Shown in pieces: positions 51,627 through 63,731 of a stretch of DNA of 64,000 nt (its first letter is position 1; each line of letters opens with the position of its first letter). This DNA is from Octopus sinensis (Eukaryota). A program made the translations under genes and the position numbers. The notes under the pieces were generated by a model, which saw only the letters and a program-made list of their open reading frames with translations, was not told the origin of the DNA and did no database searches. The DNA lies in contig NC_043003.1 of the NCBI RefSeq assembly GCF_006345805.1, positions 58,590,001 to 58,654,000 of the forward strand. Direction: 5' to 3'.

Positions 51627-52153
51627 AAGTGTTTCTCAACCTTTTTACCCTTGCGTAACCCTTTAAAAAAATGACACGTCTCAAGGAACCCTCCACAAAA
51701 AATATTATATACCTTATCTTTCTCATTTTTTTCATTGTAGTTCATGTGGTAAATATATATATAAAATTAGAAAAAAAACACCTTTTATCAATTCAAAATG
51801 AACAATTAAATTACACCATCTAGAAAATTACATATAATAGAAATATTAAAATAACAATAAAATACCAATGATTAAGTAAATTGCAAAAAAATAATAAAAA
51901 CATATATAATTATATACCAATTATATAAATATATATCAACTATATATATATATATATATATGGTTGTTATATTTTTGGGGTAACATAATAGGTTAGATGG
52001 GATGATGTCTATATTACAACAACCAATATGGTGTGTGTATAGTAATATTACAATCATGAAATTAGCATAGCTTATTTCACTCTTTCCCAGGGAACCCCTA
52101 GGAACCTTTTGCAGAACCCTAGGGTTCCAGGGAACCCCGGTTGAGAAATGCTG
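51627..52153. mobile_element. hAT-type MITE
   Basis: AAGTGTTTCTCAACC ... GGTTGAGAAATGCTG; 8-bp TSD CCCTAAGG / CCTTAAGT. Confidence 0.7.
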
Positions 52154-52269
52154 CCTTAAGTAGTTAATTTCTTTAATTCTGCTTACTAACTTATTGCTCT
52201 TGTTCTTTTTCACTATTTGAAAGACAGTACTTGAATCGGCAATCGACACTTCCTTCTTAAAGACCTCCA

Positions 52270-52740
52270 AACACAGTTTCTGTAGATTCAGAAGAACTGG
52301 ACACTTGCTTTTCCATATTATTCACCACTTTGCTCCTGAAAACTCTAATGGAAGCAAAGTTGGAGCAAATTTTTCAATCATGTTTGGTATAAGAACCTCC
52401 TATTTAAGTTACCCATCTATGCTTTCCATCTGTCTTTCATTTCTTAGATTCATGTCAGACCATTTGCAACAAGTACCAACAAACTATCTGAGTCACACTC
52501 TATAAACTCTGGTGTACCACAAGGATCGATTCTATCACCCACACATTTCATTTTGTATATTTTGTTATTAACCTGTTTACTGCCACATCTAGAAACACAC
52601 TTCCATGCAGATGATTCTACCCTTCATTTGTCCTTAAGCTTCTTTAAACAGGCAAAATCCATATCTCATACCTCACACAAGACCTGCACTGCCTCCATAA
52701 ACAGAACTCTTTAAAAATCCCTTAACTATGAAAGCTGTAG
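52270..52740 (+). mobile_element. Decayed CR1/Jockey-group reverse-transcriptase fragment
   Basis: INSGVPQGSILSPTHFILYI and HFHADDSTLH. Confidence 0.7.
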
Positions 52741-54242
52741 TCTCTTTCAAATGCAAAGTGACACTAACACAAACCTGTAATATTTTATCATTCCTGACTC
52801 TTTAAAGCAATTTGTTATATCATGATTGAGAAAATATTTGATAGAAATAGCCATAATAAGTTTCATAAATGTAATTTTTTTCTATTATGAAATATTTCTG
52901 TAGAAGCATTCATCAAATAGTTTAAAATTTTTCCATCTCAAAATAACAGAATTTGAAGGTTATTTCACTAAATTTTCTTCCTGCATTTCCACAACATTGT
53001 ATTTAAGCTTAATATAAACTGCTATTTGTCATTATAACCATGGACTATATCAAATCTTACCATAAATGATATACGTTATGGGACAACTTGTAATTACATT
53101 TTACATAATTGTATGAACCACTCTGTTAAATTATTGCAGTTTATAAAGGTGTGGTTGCTTCATCCAAAATACATCATTTCAGGGGTAGGGGGTAATGAAT
53201 TTACAACAAATTATTAGCAAACGCCTATTTTCATCAGTAATAAATATTTGTATCTTGAAAATTGCTTTCTTTGTGTTAAAACTTGTCCTAACTCTTGTCT
53301 CATGAAATATTGTCTGTAAAAAATTTTAAAAGCTAAAAAGGAATAGACCAAGAACAATATGTAAAATATATATAAAAGAATAAATAAAACTTATGAAAAT
53401 ACTTGTAAATGAATGTATCAATCTTTGCTTCACTTTTAAAATGGTAATTTTCATTTATTCTTTAAATTTTGTCTTTATAAAAGATGTCAGCTGCACTTTT
53501 TCTGTTGTTTACATCTGAATGAAACAGAATTTGCTTTTGGTGGCACAGATCTTTTATTTTTAGATGTTCTCAGGGACTCACCAGCCCTCAGATTTATTGT
53601 GACACCAGGCAATCAATAAACAGTTGTTAGATAACTCTGCCTTTATACTTCATTTGCCTTTTATCAGCCCCTGTTGGCAAAAACTTCCCTCAATATCTTA
53701 TCTTTTATCATTAGTATTGAGTGTGTGTGTATATTTTGAGACACCAGGAAGACATGGGATGAAGTGGTGAAGCATAATCTTCAAATGTTGGGTCTCACAG
53801 AGGCAATGACAAATGACCGTGACCTTTGGTGATTTGGTGTGCTTGAAAAGACCTGTCAAGCCAAGTGAAATCGTAATTGTGGCCGGAGCCAGTGACGCAT
53901 AACAGCTCCCATGCTGATGACATATAAAAGCATCCATGCTGGTCACAAATAAAAGGCACCCACCACACTCTCAGAGTGGTTGGCATTAGGAAGGGCGTCC
54001 AACCATAGAAACCAAGCCAAAATTAGACAGGAACCTAGTGCAGCTCTCTGGCTTACCAGTTCCAGTCAAACCAATTAACCCATGCCTGCATGGAAAGCAG
54101 CCACTAACTGATGATGATGACAGCTTTGGTCCCATTATTACTTCTATATTATATTTCATATTTTGTGTGCATGTGTATCAGCTTACAGCTCTAAGCCAAA
54201 GAAGTTGATTACATAATTATTTTTTTCTTACTCATTCAATAT

Positions 54243-54622
54243 TCTTTTACTTGTTTCAGTCATTTGACTGCAGCCATGCTGGAGCACCACCTTTAGTCAG
54301 GCAAATCGACCCCAGGACTTATTCTTTGGAAGCCTATTACTTATTCTATCAGTCTTTTTTGCCGAACTGCTAAGTTACGGGGGACATAAACACACCAGCA
54401 TCAGTTGTCAAGCGATGTTGGGGGGATAAACACAGACACACATACATATATACGATACGACAGGCTTCTTTCAGTTTCTGCCTACCAAATCCACTCACAA
54501 GACTTTGGTCGGCCAGAGGGGCTATAACAGAAGACACTTGCCCAAGGCACCACGCAGTGGGAATGAACCTAGAACCATGTGGTTAGTAAGCAAGCTACTT
54601 ACCACACAGCCACTCCTGTGCC
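54243..54622 (-). mobile_element. SINE family A
   Basis: Full-length reverse match. Confidence 0.85.
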
Positions 54623-54779
54623 TGTTAATAATATGCTTTGTATTTGCCTTAAGCCTTATTCTAAAGCATGTTTGTATACTGGTCATTAATATCACTTTAA
54701 TTAAGTGAAATCATATTCCACTAGGTGTACCCATTGCAAAGTATGAACTCACAAGAGGTGCAGTGAGATAGTAGGAAGA

Positions 54780-55520
54780 TTAACAGAGAAAGTAGTGTTT
54801 GTATGTGGAAGATGTATGAGAGCCATAAAGAACACAGATACATGGGGAATTGATTTCCTCCAATGTCCTGGTGGCTCTCAGCAAGTTGTAGGTAATTTTT
54901 GCTAACTAGGTAACCTAATAAACAGTGGAGGAGGTTGTACGAAAGGTGTTAAATGCTAGAATAAGAATAGGATGGAGAAAGTTCAGAGAGCATTTACCTT
55001 TGGTGACAACCAAAGGTCTCTCTTTCCAAGTGCAGGGAAGATTGTATGGTGCATGTGTATGGGCTGCTATACTGCATAGTAGTGAAACATGGGCCCTGAA
55101 TGTGGAGGACATGTAAATGCTGGAGCAAAACAAAGCTGGTATGCTCCAAGATCTGCAACAGAGCATTGATGTACTGAGAGAGAAGTTAGGTATATGAGGA
55201 ATTAGATGCAATGTGCAAGAGAGGAAACTGCACTGATATGGTCATGTGAAGCAGATGGGTGAGGACAGTTTCATTTAGAGTGGTGGAAGAGGGAACCCCA
55301 GGAAGACAAGTATTGAAGGCCAGTCTCAAAACACTGTGGCTTATGAAGGAGATGAGAGAGGGCCAAGATACGTGGCACATTGCTGTACACACCACAACAG
55401 AACTGAGATCCTAAGATCAATGTGCCTCATAAAAAGCACTGGTGATGGTGCCACGTAAAAATCACCCAGTACACTCTGTAAAGTGGTTGGTATTAGGAAG
55501 AGCATCCAGACATACAAACC
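54780..55520 (+). mobile_element. Decayed RTE-group LINE whose 3' end matches SINE family C
   Basis: ARIRIGWRKFREHLPLVTTKGLSFQVQGRLYGACV...SETWAL followed by ACACTCTGTAAAGTGGTTGG..TTAGGAAG.GCATCCAG. Confidence 0.7.
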
Positions 55521-55904
55521 AATCCAAAACAAATGATAGTAGTATTAGTATGTTAGTGACCGGTTGTGGATGGTAGTAGTGATTGAATTCTTGAAACATC
55601 TCTTTTGAATGTTTTGTTTATAAAGTTTGCATAGGTGTTATTCTAAACAGCAATAGTGGTAAATTAGGAAGGAGGTGGTGGAGAGGAAGAAGAAAGAGAA
55701 GGGAGAATAAGAAGGAATGTAGGTAGTATGATAGTAGTAAGGTGTTAAATGGTCAAGTGACCTAAAATTGGCACGTTATGGATTATAGCAGTGACTGGGA
55801 TTGATTTTAATGAATTCTTGGGAATCTCTTGAGTGTATCATTTTTAACCCATGCTAGCATGGAAAACGGACGCTAAACGATGATGATGATGATGTGTATT
55901 TGTG

Positions 55905-56275
55905 TTATTCTAAGGCCATGGTGGATATGTCGTTTGTTGTAGACGCATTCAAAAGGGGTCTGTATTTTGTAATAAAAAGAGTTTCTTCACTAATTCGTTG
56001 GCTACAGGTTGTATCATCCCTGAATTGGTAGAGGGGGAAAATTCTGAAGCTTGGATTTTTGTTATTGTCACAAATGTCTACGTGTTGGCTGAATGCCGTT
56101 TTTCCATTTTGGGGCATTTTGATCTAGGATCTATGCAGAGCCATTCTTTTACGTAGACTGTTTTTTGTTTGGCCTATGTATTGCTCTTGACACCCAGAGC
56201 AGGTTAGTGTGTATATCAGGTTCTCCGAAGCACATGTTGTCCCTTTGACACATATCCCACAGTTGGGTCCCACAG
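55905..56275 (-). mobile_element. Penelope-like element GIY-YIG endonuclease remnant
   Basis: Translates TCASENLIYTLTCSGCQEQYIGQTKNSLRKRMALHRS*...FSQHVDIC...EETLFITKYRPLLN. Confidence 0.85.
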
Positions 56276-57661
56276 AATGAATTTAATCCTCCAAGCACAC
56301 ACCATCATTAAAAAAGTAAGAGACAACCCAAATCTATGAAAAGTCTCCTAACACAAGTCCGAATACGCTCAACAACAGCACAGAAGCCATCAGTAAAAAA
56401 AATGCGGAAGACCCAACGTGTTGGATAATTATTATGAATAAACCAACTGTAAATAAACATAAAGTTTGAATGTTCAAATTCTTCATTCTCCTTATCATCA
56501 ATATCATACTTTACACTCTAAGTTTCCAGGAAAAATCTGTAACATTGGATGGGAGTTAAAGGAAATTTACCATAAAACACACCGTCTGAAGGAACCAGCC
56601 TCGGCATTTTACATTGAGAAATTTGGTATCTGCCTGGATATTATGTCCCTCCCCTTACGTAGGCATATAGTTAGAAACATATAAACTACATGTACATATT
56701 GTGTGTATGTGTGTGTGGAGGGGTTAAAACTAACATGCAATTGTTAAAGATGATAAGTAAACTACCTGAGGGTCACAAAAGTAACAGACTGTTTTCTTAC
56801 AGGTGTCAGAAATATTCACTTGTATTAAAGCCAGGCTGAATCAATGAAATTATCTAGATTCACCTCTGTATAACCTGAGATGAGGATGAATCTAACTGAT
56901 TAAAAAAATAGATTTTAAATGCACAATCTAAGAACTTAGTTGTGTATCTCACACATATTTGCATTGTCTCAACTATTTGGATTTTTTTTAATGTAGAAGT
57001 CCTGGGTAATTATTCTCATCCTCTAGTTATTCTAATAAGTGATCAAGACTCTCAGGTCTTTTTCACTCAAGAACTGTCATCATCATTTAATGTTCATTTT
57101 CCATGCTGGCATAGGTTGGATGGTTTGACTGAGGTCTGGAGAGCCAGTAGCTGCAGCAGGCTCCAGTTTGATCTGGTAGTGTTTCTACAGCTGGATGCCC
57201 TTCCAAATGCTAACCACTCCGAGAGTGCAGCGGGTGCTTTTTATGTGCCGCTGGCACGGGAGCCAGTCAGGTGGGCTTGACATCGATCACATTCAGATAG
57301 TGCTTTTTACAAGCCACTGGCATGGGAACCAGTCATCAATATATATAGATAAAGTTTATGATTCACTGAGGTGGTTTCATAAGGCCAAAACATGCCTAGA
57401 GTTCTCTCAAAACATATCAATGATGACTTACTCCCTCCCACACACACACACCTTGTCCCATGCCCATCTTCAATTGTTAATTAACTTGAATCAATATAAA
57501 TTTCACATTTGTCTCCTGTACCTTTCTTTCCCAAATTAATGACCGTACTAATTCAATTTCCCCTTACTTTATTCATAATTTTAATGACTTATAAATTTTC
57601 ATAACAGCCATTTTGTTAGGACTATGATAATTTATTCCATATCAATGCAATGCATCAACAC

Positions 57662-58072
57662 TGGATCTTTTCGATTTGAACAGCAGTTTTTCTAGCAGTG
57701 TCATATGAAATTGTCACCCATAATTATGACCCTAGTATCGATCTATTGCATTTCAATTTGTTTTAGGGTTAGGGGTGGGGGTGGGGGGTATCTTTTTTAC
57801 TTCAGAAAGGTAAATAAACCCAACCTGTTTCTTAAACGAGGGACATATTCATACGGCACAGAATGTTTTCACCTCAATAGACGTCATTGATTGGTTGAAA
57901 TTGCAGAAATTGAAGAAAGAAAAAACAAATATCTTACAAACTATAGGATTTTCTCAATAAAGCCAAGAGAAAAAGATGTTTTATAAACACATTCTACCAT
58001 TATATGAAGTTAAAGATTTTTTAGTTACCTAGAAATTATGTTAAAAACTGTCGTTCAAACCGAAAAGATTCC
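57662..58072. mobile_element. Non-autonomous TIR element flanked by a 39-bp perfect direct repeat
   Basis: ~30 bp TIRs GGATCTTTTCGATTTGAACAGCAGTTTTT / AAAAACTGTCGTTCAAACCGAAAAGATTCC; flanks 57623-57661 and 58073-58111 are identical. Confidence 0.8.
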
Positions 58073-58207
58073 TATGATAATTTATTCCATATCAATGCAA
58101 TGCATCAACACCTTCCAATTTACCAAAACATCTATTATTTCTGTTACTTTGTGATGCCTCATAGATTTTTAACACCATTCGCTTTCATTACGTCTTTTAC
58201 ATATGAC

Positions 58208-58890
58208 AGTACCGGACCAAATATCCGGCAAACTTGGGACCGGAAGTCACCTGAATTTCTCGGTTTTCTGGAGACAGCTTAAATATGTATATATTTAAAA
58301 TATAATGTAAACTATGAAAAGTAAAAACGCCAAGAACTAATGTATTGAACAGATTCAAATTAATACATTTCTAAAACGGGGCCTGTTTGTTACCTGTAAA
58401 TCCACTTAAAATTCTTAAAATGTATAATACTGTACCATGTATACCGTAAAATGTTTATAAGATGAAATTTAAACGAAAATGAATAAAGAATATGATTTTA
58501 TTTAACGGATACAGGTGCAAATTTATACACTTCTAAAGCAGAGTATGTTTAATCCATATCAATGCACATTAAAACGTAGAACTAAACTATTTTTTACACC
58601 CTGTAGTCAAATTAAGCAACTTTAATTACTGTGTGTGTTTACTCATTACAAGGTGTATTATATTTCATGATATTTTAGCGATAGAGGCATAATATATCAC
58701 TGAGAGGAAATATTTATTCGCACTTAAGAGGTCATATAGGCAAAAGCCTATATGAGAGTTTCTCTCATCGTATCTATCGCTGTAAAGTTCATTCTAACAG
58801 TACATCCACGTTTAAGTAGGAATTAATGTTTCATGATATTGCACAGCACACCTGGATTTCTGGAAGCCAGATAAAAGGTTCATTATTGTA
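58208..58890. mobile_element. Degenerate pogo/Tigger-like MITE
   Basis: Left end CAGTACCGGACCAAATATCCGGCAAACTTGGGACCGG; right end GCCAGATAAAAGGTTCATTATTG|TA; AT-rich interior. Confidence 0.45.
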
Positions 58891-58905
58891 CTAATCAAGA
58901 GTCAG

Positions 58906-59094
58906 CTACGAAAATAAGGCTACTTGCTTTGATCGATTAGTTATGTGAATATTGAGGCCTAGTTATCACTTAGTTTGCCCTCTCTCCCGTCACTTTTTCT
59001 CTTTATGTCTTCTTCGATGTTTTGCATCACTTAAATATTTCCACATTTATTGCATCTAACTCCAAGAAATAGTGAAGAAATATATTAGAAAACA
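58906..59094 (+). other. Conserved block, copy 3; putative 5'UTR exon of a further paralog whose coding exon is not in the window
   Basis: GTCAG|CTACGAAAA ... GTGAAGAAATATATTAGAAAACA|GTAAGT. Confidence 0.55.
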
Positions 59095-61948
59095 GTAAGT
59101 TGTTCACATGCATATCTACTCTTCACCATCTCGATTGTTTTACGTATAATAAGAAAACTTTAAGATGCCTTTAAATCTATGAAATTGCTTTCCCTGTCAT
59201 TATTCACTATAGATATTTTACAAACAAATCGCAATCAGATAAATATATATAAATATTTTATTTAAAGAAATTCTTCTCTGAATATTATTTCATTCTGTTG
59301 TTTCATTTCATCTCTACTCAAACAAAATTATGATTATCAAAGTTCCAAAATGACAAAATATTTCAATATTGATTTTTCTTTTTGTCCACTGTTTTATTTA
59401 ATTTTATTTTAAAAAATCGTTTTGCAAAACATATTTTGCATAAGATTCAGTTTATGATTAATTAATATATCACGTATAATTATTTCTACTTTGTTATATT
59501 ATTATTCTTCATATAAAACGTAAATGGAACCCCTTAGTTTCTTTCTTACAGATGACAGTTGTGTTGTTTAACTAAATGAAGGGTAATACTCGAGACCTAT
59601 TGATAAAGTCAGTTACAGGTGCTTATAATTGAATTGTAGCACTGTCGATAATGTTAGAAAGAGTGGTTTTTATATTTTCGATAAGTCTCACTTTGAACTA
59701 TGAAAAAATAATCGTGATCTGTCCTATTTGTGAAAATCTGGCTCCTCTTTGGAGGTCTTGTCCCATGTACTTAACCCGAGTACTGATCAAACATGAGCTT
59801 TTTCCGCCAAGATGTAACCATGGAATTCTTCTACCGAAATCCTTAGCAAATGAGCTGACAAATTTACCACACTTTCCTCTTTTAATTCCTCGTGCCAGTG
59901 AGCAACACACACCACTTCCGCTCTCTCTTTCTCTCTCTCACGCATTTTATTTCATTCGCTGTTCGAATTAAAACAGGAACGTATGAGAGCTCATTGGTTA
60001 GGCGAGGTTGTAGCCGTTAAGGGTAACTGCGAATCTTCACTTTACGTTTTAACTCGGGGCGATAAAAGGGAGGGTTTTTTTTCTTTCTATATTTTCCTTA
60101 TTATTAATTGCATGTCTACTAATGCATAAATGTCATTACAATAATATTAAGGCAGAGGTAAAGCATACGCACATAACCCTAAACACCTGGTGTGCGTATT
60201 CTTTACCTTCGCCAAAATTACTACAGACACTTTTGGCACATGCAGAAAAGCCCAAAATGAATTGACACATCAAATACTGGTTTTGAAAATTTTCCGTTTT
60301 AGACTTTAAAGCCCAGGATCTCTCTCACTTTTCCTATATATTTAAAGGCATGACTGTGTGGTTAAGGAAGAAGTTCACTTTGGAATCAACTGGCTTCTGA
60401 TTCAATCCCACTACGCGACACCTTCGACAAGTGCCTTCTTTATCCTCGAGCCGATCTATGCCTTGTGAATCAATTTATAGACGGAGCTGAAAGAAGCCTA
60501 CCGTGCACGCGTGTGTGTGTGTGTAAATATATATATATAAAGGGTGGGGTGCCTTGTCATGACATCATGTGATGATTGTAAATGAGCCTCACTGTCATAC
60601 AAACAGTGATGTTTGTTTCGGGGTCTTCCATGAGAAACATCTTTGCGATATTACCATGTCAAGAAATAGGTGGATTAGCAACTTAGGACTTAGAAAATGT
60701 CTCAATGAATTGCGTTTGATCCAAGCAAGCGTAGAAGAGTGGATATTAAACACTATATATGTGTGTGTGTGTATGCAGCAGGCTTCCATGTAGTTTATGC
60801 CTATAGCAGAAACTTGTCCTAAGTGCTGTGCAGTTGGCATCTTCTATTACAGTCATGAGCTGAAAGGTCATTACGCTTGTGTGTGTGTGTTTCCTTGTGA
60901 TCGTCATACAAGCAGTGTCACAAATTTCCAGTCTTTCATGAAAAACGTTCAACTTTGAGTATATATATTACATTGCTTGGAAACAGGTATGGGTTGGTGA
61001 CAGGAAGGGCATCTGGCCATAGAAAGCTCAGTGAATTTCGTTAAGCTGATTATATATCATCACCATCATTTTATATTCATCTACCATCCTGGCAGGAGTT
61101 GGATGGTTTGATCAGATCTGACAAGTCTGAGGACTGCATTGTGCATCAGTATCTACTCTGGTATGGTTTCTACAGCTGGATGCCCTTCCTAAAGCCAACC
61201 ACATTACAGAGTGTATTGAGTACCTTTTTTCTATCATTTTCATGGCACAAGCATTATTGATGTTACCATGCAGTTTACCAGATTAAGATCTTCAACTGAG
61301 TGAGGTTACTATAGAGCAAGATGGCTTTTATGCTGGATGAGAAGTTAAAGTACAAAAGAAGGGGACAGAACTGAAAAGGTTTCTTGCTGTTGAGGATTTG
61401 CATGGCTACTTACTTTAAAGAAGAGTGGATAGGCTGGAGTCTGGAAAGACAGCTAAAATAGTTGTGATGAAGTGTCAGAGTAGACCTTGAAGATACAAGA
61501 AATTGAATAGAGATGAAGAGTGACAGAAAAACAGAGTGAGGGAGGGTTGAGGTTGCAAGAATGTACAGAGAGAGAGTGAGGAATGGTTGAACATACAGAA
61601 TTGGTGAGGGATGTTGAACAAGGGTTGAAGAGTGGTTGATGATAGATAGATGGGGTAAGAGTAGGTAATGGCTGTAGAGAATGGGTAGGGTTGAAAAGTT
61701 GGAATAATAAATGGTGGGTAGTCAGTGATACATGACACGGGGTGGAAAATAGAGCAGAATATATAATGACTAACAGTAAAAGATGGGTGAGGAGTAGCAG
61801 AATAGTTATAATACAATAAACAGGGGAAAGATGAAAATGCAATGACATGGATGGTCAAGTTGCATGAGAGAAGGGAGAGGTAGGTGTGATGCTGAGGGAG
61901 ATATGGTGGTTGAAAAGGAGATATAATTTGGTAGTGCAAAAAAGGGTG

Positions 61949-62607
61949 ATCATCATCATCATCAGCATCATCATTTAACGTCCGCTTTCCATGCTAGCAT
62001 GGGTTGGACAGTTCAACTGGGGTCTGGGGAGCCCGAAAGCTGCACCAGTCCAGTCAGATCTGGCAGTGTTTCTACAGCTGGATGCCCTTCCTAACGCCAA
62101 CCACTCCGAGAGTGTAGTGGGTGATTTTATGTGCCACCGACACAGGTGCCAGACGAGGCTGGCAGACGGCCACGCTCGGATGGTGTTTTTTTATGTGCCA
62201 CCGACACAGGTGCCAGATGAGGCTGGCAAACGGCCACGATCGGATGGTGTTTGTTACGTGCCCACAGCACGGAGGCCAGTCGATGCGGTACTGGCTACGG
62301 CCACGTTCGGATGGTTTTCTTGTGTGCCACGTGCCACCGGCACTGGTACCACAAAGATACAAATTCCATTGATGTTCATCTATTTTGATTTGTTTTGATT
62401 TTCACTTGCCTCAACAGGTCTTCACAAGTGTCACAAGAAGGAAGGTATGCACAGGTGGACTGACTACGTCCCAGGTAGGGGCTACAGGTTATGGCCTGAC
62501 TAGTCTTGCCGGGTCTTCGGATGGTGTTTTTATGTGCCACCGACACAGGTGCCAGATGAGGCTGGCGAACGGCCACGATCGGATGGTGTTTGTTACGTGC
62601 CCACCAA
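61949..62607 (-). mobile_element. Long SINE family C / RTE 3' end with duplicated tandem-repeat segment
   Basis: Same motifs as above; about 62190-62262 recurs at about 62530-62603. Confidence 0.8.
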
Positions 62608-62664
62608 TGTAAAATATAAGTAGGGAGGAACAACATTAAGAATTATGGATGGATGGTGAATTAA

Positions 62665-63731
62665 CCCTTTCGTTACTATATTTCTGACCAAATTACACCC
62701 CTTATGTGTTTCAATTAATTTCTAACGTAATCATAAATTTAGTCTGGTTTCATTAAACAACTATAACTTTTTTATTTATCGATATATTAATCTGATTTTT
62801 GGAAGATAATTTAATGAAATATTCTCAACCAATTCTATACTATAATTTTTGTCACAAAGTGACTGTAATTGCAGGTAGATACAGGTAAATTCCACAAAAT
62901 ATAAAATTATTAAAATTTTGTTCAAACATCGCTATAGAAAATGGGTTATTAGCTAATATTCAATTGGGTATACAACAAAATTTTACGATAGAATTTGTTA
63001 TTCTGGGTAACTTTCTGATACCCATAATAATATTTATGGCAAAATAGTCTTAATTTCATTTAAGGTTGTGGGAAACCACAAACTAAACTTTCTTTCGTTT
63101 TGTTTACATTTTAGCGTAACGGCTCGTTTCTGCCGTAATGATTTCAAATAGGCTCATTCGAAAAAGTAAATAGAAATAGTCTAAGGCTTTACCCTTCTGG
63201 GAAAGTCTGTGGCTTGGTCCAGTTTCTTCAGAAAAATCACCGAAAGAAACAGTTTTTAAATTTTCACTCCATTCAGGTGCCAATTCGTTTTCTTTATCGC
63301 TATCGGAGATCTCAGATTCACTGTTTTCACTTTCGGAAAATGAAACATCAGATTCATTATCAAATACCACATGCTTTTTTTTTTCAGTCATAGAGTTAGA
63401 TTTATGAAGGTCTTCAGTAGAAAATCCTTCGAATTCTGACTCGCTGCTTGATATAATGAAATTCGTATCCATTTTTTGTCAGAATTACAAATTTTGAAAA
63501 CACAATAGGAACAAATTTCGGAAAAAAATCTCCCAAAATTCACGGAATTAAAATTACACTTCGATTATTGTACAAAACTGTAGTTGAACTGTTTACGAAG
63601 TATAATACGTGTTTTCACGAATGTACTGAAGAGATTTGCTCTGATATTCTCATTTAAATATGAATAGGTAAATTTGGGCGGTTTGGTCTCATAAACCAAA
63701 ATTTTTTTTGGGCGGTTTGGTAACGAAAGGG
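62665..63731 (-). mobile_element. Internally deleted piggyBac transposon
   Basis: TTAA TSDs at 62661-62664 and 63732-63735; TIR CCCTTTCGTTAC; subterminal repeat TTTGGGCGGTTTGGT occurs twice. Confidence 0.9.
63104..63472 (-). pseudogene. Truncated piggyBac transposase N-terminus (122 aa ORF)
   Basis: Acidic Ser/Glu-rich N-terminus, then FSEETGP...ALDYFYLLF...IITAETSRYA; no catalytic DDD domain. Confidence 0.8.
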
